64,000 nt of DNA from a virus, in IMG/VR virus record IMGVR_UViG_3300045960_000114, positions 64,001 to 128,000 of that record, one strand, 5' to 3'. A model generated the notes under the pieces. It did no database searches. It was not told the origin of the DNA and saw nothing but the letters and a program-made list of their open reading frames with translations. The stretch's first letter is position 1. Each line of letters begins with the position of its first letter. A program made the position numbers and the translations under genes. Shown one piece after another: positions 46,852 through 56,255 of the stretch.

Positions 46852-49753
46852 TTTCGAACTGGACCCGGATGCGCTGGCTATGGCACCGGTTGCTGGGAGT
46901 ACGGAAGAACCAAGCATCTTTGACCGGTATTGTGCTCAACTCGGCTACCCCAGCGCCGAGATACTGGCCAAGGTCATGCTTTTGAATCCCGTGTTCATGC
47001 CGGTGGTCGACAAGAAGGGAAATTCGACACAGCCTGTCCTCTGGTTACCAGGGCATACGTACGGGAATGCGGAACGTGGACCGATCAGGCATTACGACAT
47101 CATGGCTGTTGGTAAGATGCCTGGTCCAGAGGAGTTAGAGCGGCAGCTCAATTTCGCCGGCCCTGCCGGGAAGTTGCTGCGGGACATTGCGAACAGTCTT
47201 GGTTACCACCAGCTCAACAACTGGTACTTCACCAACATTGTGCGCTTCATACCGCCGACGGTTGGGAAGGCGGCGCTGCCAAACCTCTACGTGGAAATCT
47301 GCTTCCCTTTGCTGCTACAGGAGATAGCGCTGGTAAAGCCGCGTATTTTGGTGCTGATGGGCGCAGATGCTGTCAAGGCTGTGGCTGGCAAGCACACCAC
47401 CTTAAGCAACATGCGTTCGTCGGTCTTTGTGCTGCGCGGGCCGCGCGGGATCAGGCAGCCGATGGAGAACTACGCCCTACTGGAAGACAAGCCTGAGGAT
47501 GCTACCCTGGTTTGCGCTACAATCCATCCTGCGGCGGTTTTGCGCGAGAATGGGCTCATGGACGGTCTGACGGCGGATTTGACCCGCATTCGCGACCTGC
47601 ACATCGGCAGGGACCCAACAGTGACGGACCTCAAGTCGCGTGACTACTTCTACGTCAGGACACATGAAGAGCTCAGGGGGGTGGTAGATGCCATCTTCAC
47701 GCAGACCGGCCAGATCCCGATTGCGGTAGACTGTGAAACAGGCGGCAGAGATTTCCGAACTGGGCTGGTTCGTTCGATCCAATTCTCCTGGGCGCCGCGC
47801 ACGGCCTGTGTGGTGATTCTGGCCAATACGGGTGGTGAGCAGGCGCAGAGTTCAAGCGAACGGGCACTGATGGTAAACGAGCTGCGTCGGCTCTTCACGG
47901 ATCCGCGCGCGCAGCTGATCTTCCACAACGGGCGGTTTGAAGCCAAGTGGCTTGGTCATCTGGGGTTGGAGATGATAAACCGGTTCTATTTCGACACCAT
48001 GCTGGCCGACCATTGTCTTAACGCGAACGCTGAACATGGGTTGGAGGCGTTGTCAATCCGTTACACGAACATGGGCCGTTACGACTGGGAGCTGGCTGAA
48101 TGGGTCAAGGCGCATGGCGGTATGGCCATGGTCAAGGAGCGTGGCTATCTGGACGTGCCGGAAGACATCCTGCTGCCTTATGCGGCCTGTGATACGGACT
48201 GCACGTGGCGCTGTTACCGCGTGCTGAGTGAGACGCTGGAGCGGCCTGAGAACAAACAACTGCGGGACCTGTTCTTCAATGTCATCATGCCGTGCAACGC
48301 GCCGCTGCATGAGATGGAACGGTTGGGCGTGCTGGTGGACAGGGACAGGCTGGTTGAGCTGACCCATCGGTTCCATGAGCGCAAGGAACGGTTGGTCCAG
48401 CACATCAGGATGCGCGTGGGTGATGATTCCTTCAACCCACGGAGCACGCAGCAGAAGGCGAAGCTGCTCTTTGAGAACCTGGGGTTACCCCCCTACAAGA
48501 CGACGGGCAAGCCCTCCAGGATGTGGGTGGACCTGACTCCGTCGGAGGTGGTGAACTCGACGCCGGCGGTTGACCTCGAGACGTTGGAGGCAATACAGGC
48601 AAACGATAAGACTGGGATTGTTCAACTGCTGCATGACTTTGCGGTTGTGGACCAGGTCTGCAAGCAGTTCCTGACGTATGAAGACGGTGTTGAAGGTGGG
48701 CTGATCGATTACATCTCAAGTGACGGACGTATCCACACCAGCTTCTCCCAGACGTCTGAAACCGGGCGGGAGAAGAGTTCGGATCCAAATTGTCAGAATT
48801 TACCGAAGGCACAGGAAGAAGAACTGAGGCGCATCCTCGGCTCGGACCTGCCATCCATACGAAGCGCGTTCATCGCGCCTCAGGGAAGCGTAATCATCGA
48901 GGCTGATTACAAGTCGGCTGAGATCTTCACGCTTGGGTATCTGTCGAACTGTCCCAAACTGATTAGAGACGCGAGTAGTGATCTGCATGCTCGTGGTGCT
49001 GTGAACTACTTTGGTGCGCCCAGATGGAAGGGATTTGAGGAAGGTAAGAAACCGCCAGGCGACTGGAAGGAACAGTATGGTGCCATGCGTGTGGCGGCGA
49101 AAACCATCAACTTCGGCATCGCGTATCAGCGCGGTGCCAAAGCAGTTGCACGGGCGATCATCGCCGAGACGGGTGGTAAGTTGTGTCCCTCGCCTGAGGA
49201 GGCACAGGAGTTCATTGACGGGTTCTACAACACGTACCCGGAAGTAAGGGATTACGTGGATTACTGTAAGACGAGCGTGGTACAACCGGGCTACGTGTCG
49301 AACGCTTACGGAAGGCGTCGACGCTTCATGGCCCAGTCAACTGATGAACGAGGCCAGTTGGCTGCGTTTGAGCGAGAAGCCGTGAACATGCCGATCCAAG
49401 GGACGGTGGCTGATACGCTTAACGCTGCTATTTCCAACATGTTCAGGTGGAGATCAATGTATGCGGGTCGTTGCAACTACCGCATTATACTGGTTGTCCA
49501 CGACGCTGTTCTCATAGAGGTTCCAGGTGAGGAGGCGCATATAGTTTACAATGAAGTTCTTCCGCAGTGCATGACTACCATGGCGGTGGTACCTCCCTGG
49601 TATCCATGGCCGCATACAATCAGAAAATCCGAACCTTTCACCCTTGACGTTGATCGAGAAGTGTATATAAGGTGGGGCGTCAAAGCGACCAAAGAAGAGT
49701 TGGTTGCTCGTGGCGTTAGCACAGAACACGCAGAACTGATGACTAAGCACTAA
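46817..49753 (+). CDS. polA: Family A DNA polymerase with N-terminal uracil-DNA-glycosylase (family 4-like) domain and 3'-5' exonuclease
   Basis: UDG-like: VGKMPG, FAGPAGKLL, TNIVRFIPP, TIHPAAVLR. Exonuclease: VDCET, FHNGRFE, YAACD. Polymerase: EADYKSAE, RVAAKTINFGIAY, VHDAV. Confidence 0.92.
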   Translation: MQQLYEYQLPANFELDPDALAMAPVAGSTEEPSIFDRYCAQLGYPSAEILAKVMLLNPVFMPVVDKKGNSTQPVLWLPGHTYGNAERGPIRHYDIMAVGKMPGPEELERQLNFAGPAGKLLRDIANSLGYHQLNNWYFTNIVRFIPPTVGKAALPNLYVEICFPLLLQEIALVKPRILVLMGADAVKAVAGKHTTLSNMRSSVFVLRGPRGIRQPMENYALLEDKPEDATLVCATIHPAAVLRENGLMDGLTADLTRIRDLHIGRDPTVTDLKSRDYFYVRTHEELRGVVDAIFTQTGQIPIAVDCETGGRDFRTGLVRSIQFSWAPRTACVVILANTGGEQAQSSSERALMVNELRRLFTDPRAQLIFHNGRFEAKWLGHLGLEMINRFYFDTMLADHCLNANAEHGLEALSIRYTNMGRYDWELAEWVKAHGGMAMVKERGYLDVPEDILLPYAACDTDCTWRCYRVLSETLERPENKQLRDLFFNVIMPCNAPLHEMERLGVLVDRDRLVELTHRFHERKERLVQHIRMRVGDDSFNPRSTQQKAKLLFENLGLPPYKTTGKPSRMWVDLTPSEVVNSTPAVDLETLEAIQANDKTGIVQLLHDFAVVDQVCKQFLTYEDGVEGGLIDYISSDGRIHTSFSQTSETGREKSSDPNCQNLPKAQEEELRRILGSDLPSIRSAFIAPQGSVIIEADYKSAEIFTLGYLSNCPKLIRDASSDLHARGAVNYFGAPRWKGFEEGKKPPGDWKEQYGAMRVAAKTINFGIAYQRGAKAVARAIIAETGGKLCPSPEEAQEFIDGFYNTYPEVRDYVDYCKTSVVQPGYVSNAYGRRRRFMAQSTDERGQLAAFEREAVNMPIQGTVADTLNAAISNMFRWRSMYAGRCNYRIILVVHDAVLIEVPGEEAHIVYNEVLPQCMTTMAVVPPWYPWPHTIRKSEPFTLDVDREVYIRWGVKATKEELVARGVSTEHAELMTKH

Positions 49754-49852
49754 GTACCAAGGACTGACTGACGACGGACATCGAGAATAGCGGGAAACGA
49801 GTGGTACCTCGTACCATAGTTTCTAATTACCCATGGTGAAAGGAGACTTACC

Positions 49853-51232
49853 ATGTCTGAGGAGTCCTACCGTAGTTCTGTCCCATCGACTGGCGGCTTG
49901 GAGCGGTTTGCTGGCTTCCTGTTGTTGAAGACCAACGTACCGCACCAGGTCTATGCACCGAGGGGTGAGAAGGGACGCGCGCTCTTCCGGATCCTACCTG
50001 AGATCCGTGAAGGCGCCGAGCTCCCGTGGCGAATGACAGCCGACCCTTGCGATTTCAGCGGCTGGATCAAGGCTGAGAAGATGATCCGCATGGCGGGCGC
50101 GAACAACAAGTTTACTGCCCTTTGCCGTGTCAAGGGTCAGGACAACAGGTACGCTGGCCCGATCCAGCGGTTTGTCGACACACTCTACCGCGCGTTCAAA
50201 GAAGCGCCGACTTCCCTTCCACCCGAATGGGCACGCTGGAAGGATAAGAGCGGCGCGTTGCCTGGCATTGAGTATGTTGGACTCATCCAGTGCATGCTGT
50301 TCGAGAACGGCGGTTACGTTCATAAGGACAAGGTGACCGGCAAGTACAAGCCTGTCAGCCCGGTCGTGTACATCCTACCCAAGACGGCCCGCATGTCGCT
50401 GGAGACGCTCTGCAACGTGGAGGTTGATGGATACACTGGCAGCGCCGACGATTACAACCAGCGATATAAGGTGGGCGATCCGTGTGGAACGAAGGATGGC
50501 CGGCTGATGCAGCTGGTGTACTACCCCGGAAGTGGGACGACGCTTTCCCACTACGAGGCTGCCGTTGTGCAGCCGTGTCCCATTTCCCCGGAGATGGCTA
50601 AAGCCTACAAACCGTGGGGTGACATCCTGAACTATCTCACGGAAGAGGAGCAGATGGAGTTGCTCGTCAACCACTTCCCGCCCGAGGCCGTCGATTTCGT
50701 GTTCGGGCAGACGAAGCTCGCGGACATGCTTCCCAAGAACGTGCGTGGGAAGTGGATGTCGCGCGTGCAGGTTGGAAACCCTTACGGTCAGTATCCGCCG
50801 CAGCAGCAGTTGCCGCCCGGTTACTATCCGCCGCATGGTGTTCCGCCTGGAATGCAGTTTGGACCGGCGCCTGGCATGATACCTGGTATGCCACCTGGCA
50901 TGATGCCGCAGGCCATGCCTGCCATGCCGCAGGTAATGTCGGCTGCACCGATGCCTTCCATGCCAGCTGCCACACCACCGCCACCGGTAACCCCGAGGGG
51001 CGCACCCTCTGCCGGTGGTGGTGAGTATGACTTCTCTCTGGATGGCGATGCGGGGGGAGGGGATGATAGCATCCCTTTTGACAGTAACGTCAACCCACCC
51101 GTGACGGCTCCGGCGGCAAGCCAGGACTTCCAGCCGCCCCAGAGCGACGCGACCAAGTTGGCGAAACAACGGCTGGCGGAAGCGCAGGCGCTTCTCCGTC
51201 AGAAAGCCGCACAGCAACCCCCACAGCAGTAA
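49853..51232 (+). CDS. Putative ssDNA-binding protein with P/G/M/Q low-complexity tail
   Basis: Between polA and recA; FRILP resembles gp32-type SSBs; GGDDSIPF resembles an SSB tip; SD AAGGAG. Confidence 0.5.
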   Translation: MSEESYRSSVPSTGGLERFAGFLLLKTNVPHQVYAPRGEKGRALFRILPEIREGAELPWRMTADPCDFSGWIKAEKMIRMAGANNKFTALCRVKGQDNRYAGPIQRFVDTLYRAFKEAPTSLPPEWARWKDKSGALPGIEYVGLIQCMLFENGGYVHKDKVTGKYKPVSPVVYILPKTARMSLETLCNVEVDGYTGSADDYNQRYKVGDPCGTKDGRLMQLVYYPGSGTTLSHYEAAVVQPCPISPEMAKAYKPWGDILNYLTEEEQMELLVNHFPPEAVDFVFGQTKLADMLPKNVRGKWMSRVQVGNPYGQYPPQQQLPPGYYPPHGVPPGMQFGPAPGMIPGMPPGMMPQAMPAMPQVMSAAPMPSMPAATPPPPVTPRGAPSAGGGEYDFSLDGDAGGGDDSIPFDSNVNPPVTAPAASQDFQPPQSDATKLAKQRLAEAQALLRQKAAQQPPQQ

Positions 51233-51239
51233 CATAGTC

Positions 51240-51280
51240 GAGCAGCCTGCCTCCGTCATGCGGGGGCAGGCTGTTCATTT
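51240..51280 (+). terminator. 16-bp hairpin, terminator-like
   Basis: GAGCAGCCTGCCTCCG-TCATG-CGGGGGCAGGCTGTTC, then ATTT. Confidence 0.6.
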
Positions 51281-51294
51281 GATAGAGGTGCCGA

Positions 51295-52653
51295 ATGGCT
51301 CAATCCAACTTCCTTACTGCATCGCTTGATGCGCAGAAACGTCAGCACGGTGAGGGCAATGTATTCCTGGCCAGCGAAGGTTCCAAGCTGTCCGTTGGCG
51401 TACCGTTGCCGTCGTTCTCACTGATGTACCTGATGGATTTGGACGTATTGCCGCTGGGTCGGATCCTGGGCGTTGCGGGACCGCCGGCGTCACAGAAGTC
51501 GTCTTTCGCGTTTGAGGTCGTCCGGTGGCTGATGGCTGCCGACGGCGAGGCCAAGCTGGTTGAATGCGAAGGCGGCAAGTACAGCCCTAAGCTGATGCGC
51601 TCCATCATCGGCGATAAGGGCGTTGATGAACATTTCATCATCGGCAGGTCGGACACCATCGAAGAGGCACAGGGGCATCTTTCCTCTGCGTTGGATCTCT
51701 ACGAGGCGAATCCGGAAGCCGGCATGAAGGCCATCTCCGCGTTGGTGGTTGACAGTCTTGTTGGCGTGACCAGCGAAGCGGTGATGAAGAAGCACGTGGA
51801 CGAAGGGCACGCGTCGCCTGAGGTTGCCATTCAGGCCAAGGGTTGGTCTCCGTTCTTCAAGAGCTACAGCACGCGCATTGCTGGTTGGCCGATCGTCGCG
51901 GTGGTTGTCAACCACCTCAAGACGAAGGTCAATACGTCTGGGCATGGCGGTCCGCCCGGAAGGTACACCCCTGGGGGCGATGCGCAGTCATTCTACGCTT
52001 CGCTGTATCTGTGGATGCAGCGGATCGCGTCGTCGGAGCGTGTCACCATCATGCGTAATGGTGAGCGCATTAACCGGTTCACGGAGACGCGCCGGCTGAA
52101 ACTCGAGCTGCAGAAGAGTTCGCTCGGTACGGATGGCAGGGACATCTTTGTCAACTTCTCGTGGTACCATGACGAGGAGGGACAGCAGATATCCTACTTC
52201 GATTGGAACGCGTCCACCTGTGAGCTGCTGCTTGGCCTACAGGGCAGACACGGCTACATCGACAAGCAGCCGGCGGACCTGTGCAACCTGATCGACATCG
52301 AGGTCAGCAAGGGCACCGGTGACAAGAAGTACACCAGTCAGGCGTTGGGTCTGGAGGGCGTGTCGGACAGTGAGATCGGTGCAGCCATCGACAATGATCC
52401 GCAGTGGATCGACCGGCTCTGCAAGTTCTTCAACATCACCCGGCATAACAAGTGGGCTGGTGCCATGCCGGAGTTGGAGAAGAAGGTGAAGCAGAAGAAA
52501 GGCAGGGTGGAGGTCGTGGCTGGCGCGTTGGCGGACGTGGGGAAGGCGGCAGAGAAGGCGTTGGCAACTCTGCAAGACCCTACAGAATCCGTACCGGACA
52601 AACCCAGGAAACGCGGTAAGGATAAACCGCCAGAAGGCTTAGAGACCGTTTGA
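51295..52653 (+). CDS. recA: RecA/UvsX-like recombinase
   Basis: GRILGVAGPPASQKSS (variant Walker A), LVVDSL, VVNHLK, YTPGGDAQSFYAS. Confidence 0.85.
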   Translation: MAQSNFLTASLDAQKRQHGEGNVFLASEGSKLSVGVPLPSFSLMYLMDLDVLPLGRILGVAGPPASQKSSFAFEVVRWLMAADGEAKLVECEGGKYSPKLMRSIIGDKGVDEHFIIGRSDTIEEAQGHLSSALDLYEANPEAGMKAISALVVDSLVGVTSEAVMKKHVDEGHASPEVAIQAKGWSPFFKSYSTRIAGWPIVAVVVNHLKTKVNTSGHGGPPGRYTPGGDAQSFYASLYLWMQRIASSERVTIMRNGERINRFTETRRLKLELQKSSLGTDGRDIFVNFSWYHDEEGQQISYFDWNASTCELLLGLQGRHGYIDKQPADLCNLIDIEVSKGTGDKKYTSQALGLEGVSDSEIGAAIDNDPQWIDRLCKFFNITRHNKWAGAMPELEKKVKQKKGRVEVVAGALADVGKAAEKALATLQDPTESVPDKPRKRGKDKPPEGLETV

Positions 52654-53429
52654 CAGATTCCCTCCCGGTTATTATGCTGTTCGATAACTCGGAGGGACTG
52701 TTCGTGAAAGTCACAGCGACCAAGACGATTGTAACTGAGCGCGGTTTCGTGGTGGCGAAGCAGGGGTCCGTGGGTAAGGTCAAGCAGGCCAAGCCCCATG
52801 ACCCCTGCAACCACTTCAAGGTGCTGGTGATGTTTGGCAAGCGGCGGCACGGCTACTGGTGCTCGCCGAAGGATCTGACTGCTGAGGGGTCGCTGGAGAA
52901 ATACATCGCATGGCCGCCGCCGCCGAAGAAGGTGTTACCGGTTCCGAAGGGCGACCCGCACAAGTACGACTTCGGGTCGAATCTAAGGGTCATCCGCGAG
53001 GCGCGCGGTCTTTCGCAGGTACAGCTGGGCAAGTTGATGTCCAAGAACGGCTTGTATGTGGCCCAGTCAACCATTTGCTACAGGGAAAGGAGACCGGACT
53101 GCCCGAGTGGAAGGTTCGTGAACGCTTCAGCCAAGGCGCTGAATGTCCCTGCGTTCATGTTCTTCATACCGCTGGGGGATTGTGTTGTGATCGAGTCAGC
53201 CGGCGAGTTCGTGAAGGCCGTACGCGAGAAGCTGTGCATCGGCATCTCCGAGGTGCAGTTCGACGAGACCACCAAACGGGAACTGCTGCTCACGGGCTTC
53301 AAGGAGCTCCCACCGGGGAAAGAGGGCAAGAATGGGGTTCCTAAGAAACGTCGAGAAGTACGACGAGGAACAGTCGGCCAGAGCCGACCACGCGTTCGAA
53401 ACAAGGATATTGACCAAGGTATGTTCTGA
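52650..53429 (+). CDS. XRE-family HTH protein with N-terminal beta domain
   Basis: FGSNLRVIREARGLSQVQLG...STICYRE; the TTG start is uncertain. Confidence 0.7.
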   Translation: MTDSLPVIMLFDNSEGLFVKVTATKTIVTERGFVVAKQGSVGKVKQAKPHDPCNHFKVLVMFGKRRHGYWCSPKDLTAEGSLEKYIAWPPPPKKVLPVPKGDPHKYDFGSNLRVIREARGLSQVQLGKLMSKNGLYVAQSTICYRERRPDCPSGRFVNASAKALNVPAFMFFIPLGDCVVIESAGEFVKAVREKLCIGISEVQFDETTKRELLLTGFKELPPGKEGKNGVPKKRREVRRGTVGQSRPRVRNKDIDQGMF

Positions 53430-53808
53430 ACTTGGTATAGATGTTCCATCGGATCTTAAGCGTGATTCTACTTTTGGGTTTGAGTGGTTTCACGAGGAGT
53501 ACCACCTGCCTGTACGCCTGTGTTCACGACGCATTCGCGCCAGACCCGTCGATCTCTTCAAGCGTATGACGGCTACCCAGCTGTTCGATACGTACATGAA
53601 GGAGATGGAGGATAACGGCTGTACGACGATGGCCATGTTCTTCACGTTGGACGGTGTCGGTCTCAGTGTCATTCATAACTGGTGGGGGCTGGAGCACGTG
53701 CCGGGGTACACCCGGCTGGTGCGCCGGGCCGCTTCTGAGACGCGCGGCATCATCATCGAGCCAATTGACTCGTTCCTGAAGTCGCTCAAGGCGAAGGGGG
53801 TGGCCTGA
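53332..53808 (+). CDS. Hypothetical protein
   Basis: ORF within the co-oriented cluster. Confidence 0.55.
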   Translation: MGFLRNVEKYDEEQSARADHAFETRILTKVCSELGIDVPSDLKRDSTFGFEWFHEEYHLPVRLCSRRIRARPVDLFKRMTATQLFDTYMKEMEDNGCTTMAMFFTLDGVGLSVIHNWWGLEHVPGYTRLVRRAASETRGIIIEPIDSFLKSLKAKGVA

Positions 53809-54245
53809 TGGTAGACCAGCCCGAGAAGATGTGGTGCCGTTCGTTTCCATCGGCTGACGACATACGCGCCCTTCTTTGCGAGGCGCAGATACGCAACGTG
53901 TCGCCCATGGCCATGCAAATGTTGCGCTGGCTGGCCGGCATGTCGCCTTTGCGCAGGCTCATGCACAACCTGAATGTGCTACTGGCCCTGTGTGATCATC
54001 ACGAAATACGTGACATCCTTAACCAAGGTCTGGCGCCAGATGAGCGCGCGACGCTTATCGAGCTGGATTCGTGTGAGTTGCCCGTAGCCATGCGGGAAGT
54101 GGCACATGGTCTCTTCAATGTGCACGAGCGATGGAGCACGCTGAAGGCGATCGCCAAACCCATGCGTGAGGCTTTGGCTTTCGCGGACGAGCGAGTAGTG
54201 GAAAAGCCCTTGGACAGAGTCCTGGGCGAATCAAGAAAGGGGTAG
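53808..54245 (+). CDS. Hypothetical protein
   Basis: TGATG coupling to the upstream gene. Confidence 0.55.
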   Translation: MVDQPEKMWCRSFPSADDIRALLCEAQIRNVSPMAMQMLRWLAGMSPLRRLMHNLNVLLALCDHHEIRDILNQGLAPDERATLIELDSCELPVAMREVAHGLFNVHERWSTLKAIAKPMREALAFADERVVEKPLDRVLGESRKG

Positions 54246-54249
54246 TCAG

Positions 54250-54972
54250 ATGTCAAAGGAAAGTGATCTGGCAACGGTTTCGAGGACTGGTGACCTGACG
54301 CCTGAAGAGGTGAAGGACGGCCAGAAACGCTTTGAAGAGCGAATCTCCGAGTTCACGAAACGCACCGAGGCGGTCAACCGCAGCGTGTTGGAGTTGAACT
54401 GGGAGAAGGGTGGTTTCGTCAACGAACTGCTGAGCGAGCCCAAGAAGTACGCCAACAAGACTGTGGAGAACCTGGCCACGGCGCTGGGCGTATCGCCGGA
54501 GATGGTCTACGCCTGGCACCGCTTCAACCAGCGGTACACCCGGGAGGAGATGGAAGCCTGCGTCGAGAAGAACCTGGCGTGGCATAACATCTACTACCTG
54601 CTCAGCGTGTCGGATACCGGCAAGCGTAAGGAGCTGGAGACGCAGCTGGCCAAGGGTGAGATCAAGACGCCGCAGTTGCAGGAGAAGGTCAAGTCGATCA
54701 ATGCCAGCGAGAAGAAGACGGCCAAGGCCAAGGGCAAGAAGGTGGACAACCGGGGCGGGCTGCGCGTTGGTGTTGTCGTTCAGAGCACCCACAACATGTG
54801 CGTGAGCATGGTGCGCAAGCTCGACGAGTTCCACGATGCGTACAAGGTATGGGACAAGATGGAGGACGGACAGCCCAAGTCCCAGATGCTGTTGAACCTG
54901 AAGGCATCCCGTAAGGCGATCCAGGAGTTGCAGGAGAAAGCTGAACGGATACTGGAACGATGCGAGCTCTAA
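54250..54972 (+). CDS. DNA-binding protein with DUF1016-N-like region
   Basis: LNWEKG...KYANKTVENLATALGVS resembles YhcG/DUF1016 N-termini; basic linker. Confidence 0.45.
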   Translation: MSKESDLATVSRTGDLTPEEVKDGQKRFEERISEFTKRTEAVNRSVLELNWEKGGFVNELLSEPKKYANKTVENLATALGVSPEMVYAWHRFNQRYTREEMEACVEKNLAWHNIYYLLSVSDTGKRKELETQLAKGEIKTPQLQEKVKSINASEKKTAKAKGKKVDNRGGLRVGVVVQSTHNMCVSMVRKLDEFHDAYKVWDKMEDGQPKSQMLLNLKASRKAIQELQEKAERILERCEL

Positions 54973-55400
54973 AGGACAAGACGCCCTGTGCCGTGCTACA
55001 CAGGCCGAAACCCAGTGCAGAGTGGGAGCTATGCTACTACACCGAGCGTATCTCCCACGCCTGGCGGCTTCAGCTGTGGATCGCGGAGGAGGAGTCAAAG
55101 AGCAATCCCAGACAGCAGACGGTGACCATCCTCCGCGAAGACTACGATGCTGATAGATTCAAGGTACTGAGGATACCCAAGGACTTTGATCCGGCTAAAG
55201 TACCCCAGGCTGAACCGGTTGTCTTTTCAAGATCTGTGGAGATACCTACCCTGCCACCCACTCCATCAGTTGTTCCACGTCAATCAACCCCGGAAGTAGC
55301 TGTACCCCTGACCCAGACAACTCCAGGACCGCCGGACTTAGTGGCGAAGCCGGTGGCCCTGGAGTTGCCCGAACCCCCCGAACTGGCGGGTGCCTGGTAG
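54960..55400 (+). CDS. Hypothetical protein with Pro-rich tail
   Basis: Overlaps the upstream stop. Confidence 0.5.
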   Translation: MRALKDKTPCAVLHRPKPSAEWELCYYTERISHAWRLQLWIAEEESKSNPRQQTVTILREDYDADRFKVLRIPKDFDPAKVPQAEPVVFSRSVEIPTLPPTPSVVPRQSTPEVAVPLTQTTPGPPDLVAKPVALELPEPPELAGAW

Positions 55401-55433
55401 CGTAAAATACCTCCATAAGCGCGTTAGTATAAC
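55400..55433 (+). promoter_or_regulatory. Phage promoter-like motif, copy 4 (TAAAATACCTCC...CGCGTTAGTATAAC)
   Basis: Recurrent motif upstream of 55512. Confidence 0.5.
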
Positions 55434-55511
55434 ATAGGTTGAGTTTGCTTGGCGCCTGGGTGTAAACCAGGGCACAGCTCGACTTGGAACGCGTTCTAAG
55501 GAGATACGGAG

Positions 55512-55685
55512 ATGGCCGGAGAGGATAACGGACTCGGCGATACTGCCTTGAAAGTGGGCATTATCGCGCTTGGCATCTGCACAGCCAAGCTCGCCGAAAA
55601 CGCCGTAGGTTGGGCGATCGGCGCCGGCGGAAAAAAGGGAACGGGTAAGAAAGGCGGGTCGCGGAAACGCACCCGCAAGTCCTAA
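55512..55685 (+). CDS. 57-aa hydrophobic-core/basic-tail peptide (absent from the ORF track)
   Basis: MAGEDNGLGDTALKVGIIALGICTAKLAENAVGWAIGAGGKKGTGKKGGSRKRTRKS; SD AAGGAG/GGAG. Confidence 0.55.
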   Translation: MAGEDNGLGDTALKVGIIALGICTAKLAENAVGWAIGAGGKKGTGKKGGSRKRTRKS

Positions 55686-55692
55686 CCGGTTC

Positions 55693-55728
55693 TGGCGGTG
55701 CTGGCCCCTCGCGGGGTCGGCACCGCCA
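55693..55728 (+). terminator. 16-bp GC-rich hairpin after the small ORF
   Basis: TGGCGGTGCTGGCCCC-TCGC-GGGGTCGGCACCGCCA (2 G-U pairs); no immediate U-tract. Confidence 0.5.
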
Positions 55729-55847
55729 CCCACACATCTCCAAGCAACGAGACATTTTCTTTTAATAGCAGTTTGGACTTGGCGGCCCGATAGGGTGCCA
55801 ATCTGGCGTTCGCCGGGGTACTTTACGGGCATCTAGTAGGAGGGTAC

Positions 55848-56255
55848 ATGGAGGAGCTGAAGGGGCTAGCGGAAGTCGTCGAGAAAACTCAAGTCACGAA
55901 AGAAGAGGTCGAGCGCGCAATCGTAGCACTTGACGACCTCTTTACCCAACACGAAGACGTACTCGACGACAGGACTCGGGTCGAGATGATCGACCTGCGC
56001 GCAAAACTGGTGAAAAAGCTCCAGGCTGAGATCAGCCAGGTTACCGACATCGCCCAGAACAAGGCCAAGCCTGCGCGCCGCAGGGTGATCCCGATCAAAG
56101 AGGGTGAACCTGAGCAGCGCACGCGGCGGAAGAAAGTGACAGCTTTCCGCCGGGACAGGGATCGTAAACCGAAGGAAGACAACAGCGGGTTAATCGCAAC
56201 AGTAGGTGCTGGTGCGGTTCTCGGTCTGTTGTTACTTCTCGGTAGCGGTGAATAA
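55848..56255 (+). CDS. Hypothetical protein with basic region and C-terminal TM anchor
   Basis: SD AGGAGG; LIATVGAGAVLGLLLLLG. Confidence 0.6.
   Translation: MEELKGLAEVVEKTQVTKEEVERAIVALDDLFTQHEDVLDDRTRVEMIDLRAKLVKKLQAEISQVTDIAQNKAKPARRRVIPIKEGEPEQRTRRKKVTAFRRDRDRKPKEDNSGLIATVGAGAVLGLLLLLGSGE

Noticed and set aside
53332-53808. Possible Holliday-junction resolvase near recA
   Set aside because: No convincing PD-(D/E)xK, RuvC or RusA catalytic motif by eye; left as hypothetical.
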